DNA of 44,244 nucleotides from Bdellovibrionota bacterium (GTDB lineage Bacteria > Bdellovibrionota > UBA1018 > UBA923), in assembly GCA_040754655.1 (NCBI GenBank), contig JBFMCE010000019.1:1-44244 (forward strand), written 5' to 3'. The translations under genes were made by a program, and so were the position numbers. Shown here piece after piece: positions 37,595-44,244 of this stretch. The first letter of the stretch is position 1. Each line of letters opens with the position of its first letter. Under the pieces are notes generated by a model, which had not been told where the DNA came from, searched no databases, and saw only the letters and a program-made list of their open reading frames with translations.

Positions 37595-38368
37595 ATGAAA
37601 AATTATAAGCGGCTATTTCTTGTCGCGTGCCTATTCGCAGCGACCTCTGCGTTTGCTGAAGACACAGACATTGATATTGAAACAGAAAGCAGAGAACCCG
37701 CTGCAAATGATTCTTATACTGTAGATGATGATTCTATGATGAATGATGAAGGGTATTCGCGTGAACCGGCTTCGGTAGGAGACAATGATCAGGTTTTTGA
37801 TCGTGAACCTGCCGCGGTTCAAAGAAGTGAGGCGGAACAAGAAGGAGACCTTGGTGAGCCAGAAGTCGGCATCACGAATTTTGCGCTTAGGCCATCAGCG
37901 GGCGCGGTCTTCTTTAACGATACAGAGCGTTTCGCGGGCGGACTCTTGCTCGACGTCAACGTATTGAGCTCTCATAGCTGGAAGGTCGGCCCTGCGACCG
38001 GAGCAATCTTCTCGTCAGTGGGCGGGGGGGGCGACTTTTTTGACGGGGTATCGACTGATAACGAAGCATTCTTTTTTCAAATCCCGGCGAACTTGAAGGT
38101 GACCTTTGCACCTGAATTTTCGAAGAGGCTTCAGCTCGGCGTGCATGGCGGGGCAAACGTGATCTATACCGGAGAAGGGCTTACCACTGCGTTTGGCGAT
38201 GTCGCTGAACCTGATGGAGGAGACTCCTTCAACGTTTATCCCAACGTCGGTGCCGATATTGACTACGCGTTAGGAACCAACGCCGACCTTACGCTTAGGC
38301 CGGACGTAACCTTTCTCGCCGACTTCAACATGGTTACGGCGACGATTGGCCTGGCTCTGAAGTTGTAA
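37595..38368 (+). CDS. outer-membrane beta-barrel protein with an acidic N-terminal extension
   Basis: Signal peptide (AFA), acidic region with three REPA[AS] motifs, then eight-strand-like barrel ending IGLALKL. Confidence 0.7.
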   Translation: MKNYKRLFLVACLFAATSAFAEDTDIDIETESREPAANDSYTVDDDSMMNDEGYSREPASVGDNDQVFDREPAAVQRSEAEQEGDLGEPEVGITNFALRPSAGAVFFNDTERFAGGLLLDVNVLSSHSWKVGPATGAIFSSVGGGGDFFDGVSTDNEAFFFQIPANLKVTFAPEFSKRLQLGVHGGANVIYTGEGLTTAFGDVAEPDGGDSFNVYPNVGADIDYALGTNADLTLRPDVTFLADFNMVTATIGLALKL

Positions 38369-38433
38369 TGGAAATGAATTTGGCAGGATTCACGGCAGGG
38401 TTGTGAGGGGGATCGAATCACAACCGTGTTGTG

Positions 38434-38492
38434 AAAAAAAGATGGGGGGCTTAAGCAAACATGCGATGCTTGAAGCCCCCCATCGATTTTTT
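38434..38492. terminator. bidirectional intrinsic terminator
   Basis: Perfect 12-bp stem GATGGGGGGCTT (38441-52) / AAGCCCCCCATC (38473-84), flanked by A- and T-runs, between convergent genes. Confidence 0.8.
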
Positions 38493-38516
38493 AAAATGAA
38501 TTAAATAGAAATAGAT

Positions 38517-38885
38517 TTAGTAACGACCACGCCCGCCGCGATCACGATCACCGCGTCCACCGCCGCCGCCGCCAAAACCACGTCCGCCGCGATCACGGTC
38601 ACCGCGTCCGCCAAAACCGCCGCCACCTTCTCGAGGAGCTTGCGGCCTGGCTTCAGCCACGGTCATCGAACGGCCTTCGAATTCAACTCCATTGAATTTT
38701 GCAATCGCTTCAGCTGCTTCTGCATCGGAAGACATCTCGACGAATCCGAAGCCTTTGCTGCGGCCTGATATTTTATCTACGATGACGTTAGCAGACTCAA
38801 CGGTGCCTGCTTGAGAGAAAAGCGCTTGAAGACTCGCGTCTGTAGTGGAAAATGGAAGATTCCCGATAAATAACTTCTTACCCAT
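38517..38885 (-). CDS. RRM RNA-binding protein with Gly/Arg-rich tail
   Basis: RNP2 LFIGNL, RNP1 KGFGFVEM, GGRGDRDRGGRG twice, AAGGAGG SD. Confidence 0.95.
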   Translation of the reverse strand: MGKKLFIGNLPFSTTDASLQALFSQAGTVESANVIVDKISGRSKGFGFVEMSSDAEAAEAIAKFNGVEFEGRSMTVAEARPQAPREGGGGFGGRGDRDRGGRGFGGGGGGRGDRDRGGRGRY

Positions 38886-39161
38886 GTAACCTCCTTAAAG
38901 GCAAGGGCGCCGCTAAAGAGGACATGAGCACCATGCTCAAGGACACTTACGCGGACAGGACACTATACAAGTACAAATATTACCTTAGTTGGTTTGAAAA
39001 ATCTTGCCAAAAAAGGCCTCGGATTTACCCAAGAAAAACGCCTATATGCATGGCAGGAATACGGCGTTTTAAGCCCCGCAGGGACAACCAAAGGTTGTGT
39101 TCCAGCGCCGGGATTTGGTAGCGTGTTTTTAGACGCCGATCAAGACACGGCTTGCGACATC

Positions 39162-40052
39162 ATGATGAATTCTCAACAACTTTTGTTTCATACGATCAAT
39201 CCGTTGGTTGAAAGGCTGGGGGCCGAGTTCTTTAAATCCCTGCCCAAAGTGCCCGGCGTCTACATGATGCGTGACCGCGCGGGCGCCATTCTATACGTCG
39301 GGAAGGCCAAGAACTTAAGGGCCCGGCTGGCTTCCTATAAATTGGCGAGGCCCAATACCGTGAGCCGCAAGGTCTTGCGCATGTTGAGGCTGACTCAATC
39401 GATTGAGTTTGAGATTTGCGCTTCGGAAACCGAGGCCCTGCTTCGTGAAAACCAGCTTTTAAGAGAGCATCGCCCTCCGTTCAATGTGGTGAACACGCAT
39501 CCGGAGTCTTATTATTTCATCGTGCTCAAGGCAGTTCGTTCTCACGACCTCGCATCGCGCATGGTTCATCTGCAACTCACGACCCGAGCAGTGAGTCCTG
39601 AAGACCAAGAGGGCTGGGTTTTCGGGGTGTTTAAAGGAAGGCGGATTACTCGCCGCTCATTTCAAGCGCTGCTGCGGCTTTTGAGCGCCCTTGCCGCTAA
39701 AGACGAGACCTTCTATTTTCCCACCCCGTTGGTGCGCTACCGCATTCCTTATTGTTATTCGCTTGAGGTGCCCAAGCACCTGGTGGGAATGCTTCGCGCG
39801 TTTCTCAACGGGAACTCAAGGCGATTCTTAGATGAGCTCTTCGTGCGGTTGCTTGAAAATCAAAGCATACCGAAGTTCGTTCATCATGTGATCTCAGAAG
39901 ACCTTAAACAGGTTGATGAGTTTTACCGCCATGCCTGCAGGCGAGTGCGCGCTCTCAAACGCAAACATGGCATTCGCAGGCGCACGATCGCTCAGGAAGA
40001 AATTGACGACTTGCTTGTGATTTACGCGCTCAAAAGCAAATCATCCGATTGA
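39162..40052 (+). CDS. GIY-YIG nuclease (UvrC N-terminal/Cho-like)
   Basis: LPKVPGVY...LYVGKAKNLRARLASY and EALLRENQLL...PPFN motifs. ATG 39162 is more plausible than TTG 38994. Confidence 0.85.
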   Translation: MMNSQQLLFHTINPLVERLGAEFFKSLPKVPGVYMMRDRAGAILYVGKAKNLRARLASYKLARPNTVSRKVLRMLRLTQSIEFEICASETEALLRENQLLREHRPPFNVVNTHPESYYFIVLKAVRSHDLASRMVHLQLTTRAVSPEDQEGWVFGVFKGRRITRRSFQALLRLLSALAAKDETFYFPTPLVRYRIPYCYSLEVPKHLVGMLRAFLNGNSRRFLDELFVRLLENQSIPKFVHHVISEDLKQVDEFYRHACRRVRALKRKHGIRRRTIAQEEIDDLLVIYALKSKSSD

Positions 40053-40123
40053 GATTTCTCTTCTCGCCAAGCATCGCCGCGGATTTAGAGACGCAAGACG
40101 CGCTGAGAACGCTCGGTTGTCGC

Positions 40124-41002
40124 TCATTTCGTCGGTTTTGCTGCCGGACTTCTCGCAGTCGGGGTTTTTGTGGCTTTCTCAAGCGCCACCTTTGGAGCGG
40201 GTCTCCCGATGCCATGTTTGGTTGGTGCATCAACATAGAGTTTCGCTACGACGGGTAGTAGCGAGGTCAGATGCCGTATCCGCTCTTCGCTTGAAGGGTG
40301 AGTGGCGAGAAGCGCAGGAGGGCTGCCTCCGGCTTTTTCTTGCATGCGCTTCCAGAAATCCACGGCTTCGTGCGGATCGTATCCCGCCATGGCCATGAAC
40401 CGAAGGCCAATTTCGTCAGCCTCGCTTTCTTGCTTGCGAGAATAAGGAAGCAAGACGCCTACCTGTGCGCCGAGCCCCAAAGCTCCCATCAAGATGCCAT
40501 GATGCTTCGTTGAACCTAAGGCGGCGCTTGCCCCGGTCAATATGCCTTGAGAGAGAAGCTGTTGTGAAACTCGCTCAGAGTGGTGATTCGCGATGACGTG
40601 CGCCACTTCATGGCCTATCACAGCGGCAAGACCAGCCTCATTTTGAGCAACGGGCAAGATGCCTGCATACACTCCGATATGACCGCCAGGTAAAGCGAAC
40701 GCATTGATTTGATCACTGTTAAAAACAGCCAGGTCCCATTTTTGCCCCTCAGGTTGGTCTTCTTTCGATACGGTAGCTACGATGCGGGTGGTGATTTGCT
40801 GGACGTATTGTTCAACCTCGGGGTCCTTGAGTTGCGGAGTTGACTGGCCTACCTGCAGCCACGCCTGTTGCCCCATCTGAGAAAGCTGGGAGTCGGGGAT
40901 GAGGTCAAGTTGTTTGCGGCCTGTTACTGGGGTTCGTGAACACGCCACAAAGAAGCTCAGTAAACCCAGCGCCACTACGATCGAGCTGCTTAATCTTTTC
41001 AT
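40124..41002 (-). CDS. M48 family metallopeptidase lipoprotein
   Basis: Lipobox FVAC and NAFALPGG, HEVAH, ESEAD, THPS motifs. Confidence 0.92.
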   Translation of the reverse strand: MKRLSSSIVVALGLLSFFVACSRTPVTGRKQLDLIPDSQLSQMGQQAWLQVGQSTPQLKDPEVEQYVQQITTRIVATVSKEDQPEGQKWDLAVFNSDQINAFALPGGHIGVYAGILPVAQNEAGLAAVIGHEVAHVIANHHSERVSQQLLSQGILTGASAALGSTKHHGILMGALGLGAQVGVLLPYSRKQESEADEIGLRFMAMAGYDPHEAVDFWKRMQEKAGGSPPALLATHPSSEERIRHLTSLLPVVAKLYVDAPTKHGIGRPAPKVALEKATKTPTARSPAAKPTK

Positions 41003-41109
41003 TACAACGTTCTCCTTGCGAGGTAGACTACAACGCCTTTGGTTTTGGGATCGATATGCGGGTGTTCAAAAGCCGTGCCGGCGAAAAGACCATTCGAAGC
41101 TGGCAAACG

Positions 41110-41125
41110 TGGCATACGAGGTGCA
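41110..41125 (+). promoter_or_regulatory. possible sigma-54 promoter
   Basis: TGGCATACGAGGTGCA (GG-N10-GC), 24 nt upstream of ATG 41150. Confidence 0.45.
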
Positions 41126-41149
41126 AAGCAAACAGGCGAGGGTACAACC

Positions 41150-41290
41150 ATGTTAGAGTGGGTTCTTGCAGCCGGAAGTGTGGCCGGGGGCGCAGTAGCT
41201 GTCGCGACGGTGTGGGTACGCAAACAAAAGCAGCGCAGTGATGAAGACCAGCTCAGCCAAGCCTTTGAGCGGTATAACGGCCAGCGTTAG
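41150..41290 (+). CDS. small single-pass membrane protein (46 aa)
   Basis: GAGG SD, a hydrophobic N-terminal helix followed by RKQKQR; fills the intergenic gap. Confidence 0.55.
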   Translation: MLEWVLAAGSVAGGAVAVATVWVRKQKQRSDEDQLSQAFERYNGQR

Positions 41291-41300
41291 ATAGGGTGTA

Positions 41301-42035
41301 TTAAGTTCGAAAAACGTTAAAAAGAAATTTATAGGCTTCAGGATAAATTTCTCGGTTCTGACTGGCTCTTGGGCCTGCCACGTTCAAAACAGCGGTGCCC
41401 TGTTCACGAATCCATTTACGTGCGAGTTCAACCGATGAATCTGGATCTTTCTTGAGATCGACGCAGAGTAGGGGTTTCTTGTATTTCTTGGCTATTTTTG
41501 CGGTGAACAGCGTTCCTTCAGTTAGAGGTCCCCACGCAAGAACAAGAGTGCCATCCGAATCTCTGACATTCCATTCCGTCCGCTGCTCGTATTGCTCTGA
41601 GACCGTCTCAGTCATGGGATACCGCTCATCGATGACCCCATCCTCTGCTAACCTTCCTTTAGGGCACCAACCCCCGCATGGGATCTTGAACATCAAGCCG
41701 ATGTCTAATGCGGCGCGATCGACTCCTGTTTGCCCACCACTGACGATGCGGTTGAGAGCAAGCGCAGAGGGTTTTTCTCTGATTTGACCAGCAACCCACT
41801 CTCTCATGAGAGTCACGATTTGTGTTTGGTATGAAATCTCGCTTCTTTTTGCTTTCTTTTTGAAGAGATCTAGCAGTTTTTCTGGAACGCGAAGGCTGAT
41901 TAGTTTTCTCTTGCCTTCGTTGCCATGTACTACAGATTGGAATTCGTCTAAGAACTTAGCGATCTCTTCTTTTGGAAGGTTTGCATCGAGCTTGAGTCGT
42001 TCGACAGAAAAATACTGCAAAGCTTTGCTTTTCAT
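41301..42035 (-). CDS. fusion of CopG/BrnA-like RHH antitoxin domain and cpYpsA ('MoCo carrier') SLOG domain
   Basis: N-part KLISLRVPEKLLDLFKKKA...YQTQIVTLMREW. C-part IVSGGQTGVDRAALD, GGWCPKGR, RTEWNVRDSDGTL and LNVAGPRAS. Confidence 0.8.
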   Translation of the reverse strand: MKSKALQYFSVERLKLDANLPKEEIAKFLDEFQSVVHGNEGKRKLISLRVPEKLLDLFKKKAKRSEISYQTQIVTLMREWVAGQIREKPSALALNRIVSGGQTGVDRAALDIGLMFKIPCGGWCPKGRLAEDGVIDERYPMTETVSEQYEQRTEWNVRDSDGTLVLAWGPLTEGTLFTAKIAKKYKKPLLCVDLKKDPDSSVELARKWIREQGTAVLNVAGPRASQNREIYPEAYKFLFNVFRT

Positions 42036-42499
42036 TTTTTTGCGATTTCCTGCAACGCCTTGATATCTTCTAAATCTTGTGGACGGCCTGAACGGGTTTT
42101 CATTTCAATGAGGCTCTTGATTGAGGCAAGTTTCACGCGAATTCCTTGCACCACAATAGTTTGAGCGTTCATCTTGTCAGCATCGTCAGTGATGATGACA
42201 TCCAGTTGTTTGGCTAAATGGATCGGATCAAAGAATGACCAGGCTACCAAATTTCTGTTTTTAATGTACTCATCGCGGAACTGAAAGACTTGTTCGGCGG
42301 TAACGGGAAGCCTGGGTTGCAAACCAAGGCCAAAAAAAACCTTCTCCGCAAGAAGAAAGGATTGTTTGTTCAGCGAGAGAACAAGGTCGAGGTCTAAGGT
42401 GCCTCTTACCGCCCCATGAAGAGCGACTGCATATCCTCCAACCACTGCGTAATTGATCTTTGCTTTATTCAGAGCTTGGCAGACCTCAATGAGAAACAT
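42032..42499 (-). CDS. nucleotidyltransferase (DUF6036-like, Pol-beta fold)
   Basis: YAVVGGYAVALHG, RGTLDLD and MK-x-x-SGRPQDLED motifs. ATGA overlap with the downstream fusion gene. Confidence 0.82.
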   Translation of the reverse strand: MFLIEVCQALNKAKINYAVVGGYAVALHGAVRGTLDLDLVLSLNKQSFLLAEKVFFGLGLQPRLPVTAEQVFQFRDEYIKNRNLVAWSFFDPIHLAKQLDVIITDDADKMNAQTIVVQGIRVKLASIKSLIEMKTRSGRPQDLEDIKALQEIAKK

Positions 42500-42518
42500 G
42501 TATATACTAGTATATACA
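42499..42518. promoter_or_regulatory. perfect 20-bp palindromic operator at the NTase start
   Basis: TGTATATACTAGTATATACA equals its own reverse complement, contains a TATACT -10-like hexamer and abuts the ATG. Confidence 0.75.
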
Positions 42519-42617
42519 CAGGACTCCTGAGAAGCCACCCTTTTGTACAGAACTGGAGTTACCTCCCCTCAGGTCCCAAATCTAGAACTGCGTTATTCTT
42601 GATTAAATAAGTACGAG

Positions 42618-44105
42618 ATGGTAAAAGGCCCCATGCTTTCGTGGGTAAGGGCTTCAAACACTCTCAAAAAAGTTAAGGTAATGTTGTTTCTGCAGCTCTT
42701 GCTCGTGTTTCAAGGGGTTTGCTTTGGCGCAACCTGGTCTACCGAAGAGGGCAGTCCCAATTGGAATGCCGGTGACGAGGTTGAAGTCATAACGGATGGC
42801 TGGTTGAGCGTAGGGAGCTTGAGGGGACTGCGTCTTACGCTTCAAGAAGGAATTGGGGACGGCGGAGAGGGTAGAGTTCATCGTGCCGAAATCATCGAAG
42901 GCTCTCAACCGACGGCGTTTGGTCACGACAAAGTTCTTGCGATAAAGCTCATCCGCGGCACCAAGGGCCTGGATAATGGCGCCCTTTCGGATGTCGGTTA
43001 TGAAATAGCTTTAAAACTAAGGCAAGGTGACCAACTCGTTCACCGACTGCGTTCAGATCGCGTGCATCCAGGTGCCCAGTACGTCGGCGAACAAATTGGA
43101 GTCGCCAATCTGAGAAGTCTGAAGAACGGAGAAACTTACTTCGCCGTGTTCTCTAAGTACTACGACTCAGTGTCGCTGCACGATTGGAGAGACGCATTTG
43201 AATTGAATCCAATACATGCGAACAATCGCCACGAAGCTGTTTTGAGGATACGCCGAACCTTGCGTGTCGCGGATCAAGTTTTGTGGGCGCTTGCGTATCT
43301 TCACTCGCACGGCATTCAGTTTCGAGACCTGAAGCCTTCAAATATCCTGTTGACCGGAACCATCGAACAGTTCGACCGCGGAGAAGCGCGCGCTGTATTG
43401 ACCGACCTGGGCATGATTTTTGATCCGGTGCTTACGGCGATACAGAGAGCTTTCGAGGGGGAAGGCAAGAAGATTTCCATTCCGGGTACGAGCGGATTTT
43501 GCGCCCCCGAACAACTTTTGGCTCCCGGTGAGATTCATTTTGAGGCCGACCTCTGGCCTCTTGGCGTGACCCTGTACAAGCTACTCACGGGCGAAACGCC
43601 TTTTGAGACTTTGTTCAACTCGCGCTTCTATAACGACAAACAGCTGTGGCAAAGGGGCGAATACTCTTCGGTCTTGGCGCCCTCGAGCGCCACACTTCCC
43701 GTAAAGGATCTCCCGCATCTTGATCTTCTGATGGCGCTCAATCCTCAGACCCTGCGAGCTCTCGTTGAAGGATCTCCGAATGGGCTTGAACATGACGCAC
43801 AGTATGGGTGGCCAAGCGTGAATGGAAAGCTCACCGAACTCAATTTTCATGATCATGTTTTGTTGGAAAAGGTTTTGAAGCCTTTGATTAAAAAACTTTT
43901 GACCTACTCTGAGGAAAGGGTCGAGTTCTTTTCGAAGAAAAACAGGTTTTTAAGCGTCAAGAATGGACGAGTTCAGTCGTCCGAGCTTGCAAGTTACATA
44001 GACCAAGATTTACGCAAGGGACTTGCCCCGGCCTATATTCGAGAGATCAGCCCTCGGCGCGTGCATCGTCGAACGGTGGTTTGCGAGGGAAGCCTGCTCA
44101 AATGA
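42618..44105 (+). CDS. Hanks-type Ser/Thr protein kinase with N-terminal signal-like segment
   Basis: IGDGGEGRVH, LAIK, FRDLKPSNILL, TDLG, GTSGFCAPE and DLWPLGVTLY motifs. The start may be 42633. Confidence 0.85.
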   Translation: MVKGPMLSWVRASNTLKKVKVMLFLQLLLVFQGVCFGATWSTEEGSPNWNAGDEVEVITDGWLSVGSLRGLRLTLQEGIGDGGEGRVHRAEIIEGSQPTAFGHDKVLAIKLIRGTKGLDNGALSDVGYEIALKLRQGDQLVHRLRSDRVHPGAQYVGEQIGVANLRSLKNGETYFAVFSKYYDSVSLHDWRDAFELNPIHANNRHEAVLRIRRTLRVADQVLWALAYLHSHGIQFRDLKPSNILLTGTIEQFDRGEARAVLTDLGMIFDPVLTAIQRAFEGEGKKISIPGTSGFCAPEQLLAPGEIHFEADLWPLGVTLYKLLTGETPFETLFNSRFYNDKQLWQRGEYSSVLAPSSATLPVKDLPHLDLLMALNPQTLRALVEGSPNGLEHDAQYGWPSVNGKLTELNFHDHVLLEKVLKPLIKKLLTYSEERVEFFSKKNRFLSVKNGRVQSSELASYIDQDLRKGLAPAYIREISPRRVHRRTVVCEGSLLK

Positions 44106-44244
44106 GTGCCATTAAAGGAAATAAGTTTAGAGTTCTCCTTCTGACCCCGCCAATGACTCAGTTGAACACGCCCTATCCTGCGACGGCCTATCTGACCGGT
44201 TTCTTGCGATCGCGTGGGATCGATGCGAGACAAGCAGACCCCGC
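44102..44244 (+). CDS. B12-binding radical SAM protein, N-terminal fragment (runs off window)
   Basis: MSAIKGNKFRVLLLTPPMTQLNTPYPATAYLTGFLRSRG...QADP; ATGA overlap with the kinase stop. Confidence 0.75.
   Translation, partial: MSAIKGNKFRVLLLTPPMTQLNTPYPATAYLTGFLRSRGIDARQADP

Overview
Bacterial chromosomal window, most consistent with a Bdellovibrionota/Oligoflexia-like (former deltaproteobacterial) genome. This lineage call is inferred from bacterial topoisomerase VI, a PrkA-type ATPase, an RRM RNA-binding protein, sigma-54-type promoters and many secreted hypothetical proteins. Bases 1-4500 form a visibly AT-richer, decaying accessory island abutting the 3' end of a tRNA-His(GTG). It holds a DUF4160-like/HTH toxin-antitoxin pair, an AbiEi/AbiEii type IV TA pair, a stop-interrupted lytic transglycosylase and four clipped gene fragments joined at two breakpoints. 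Bases 4.7-41 kb are mostly housekeeping and envelope genes: CDF transporter, HAD, RluA, PrkA, 5'-nucleotidase, RdgB, MtgA-like, GGT, MpaA-like, DapD, two-component genes, ArsC, AspA/FumC, Top6B/A, glycerate kinase, NifU-like, agmatinase, RRM protein, GIY-YIG nuclease and M48 protease. The best candidate for an undescribed system is at 41.3-42.5 kb: a nucleotidyltransferase coupled to an RHH/CopG antitoxin-like protein fused in frame to a cpYpsA-type SLOG domain, behind a perfect 20-bp palindrome and divergent from a signal-peptide-bearing Hanks kinase. Other leads are a shared C-terminal C-E-G-x-L-x-K motif on two unrelated secreted proteins, a catalytically eroded stand-alone LigD polymerase domain, and a peptidoglycan-peptide/gamma-glutamyl gene cluster. 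All family assignments are from motif recognition only; no database search was run.
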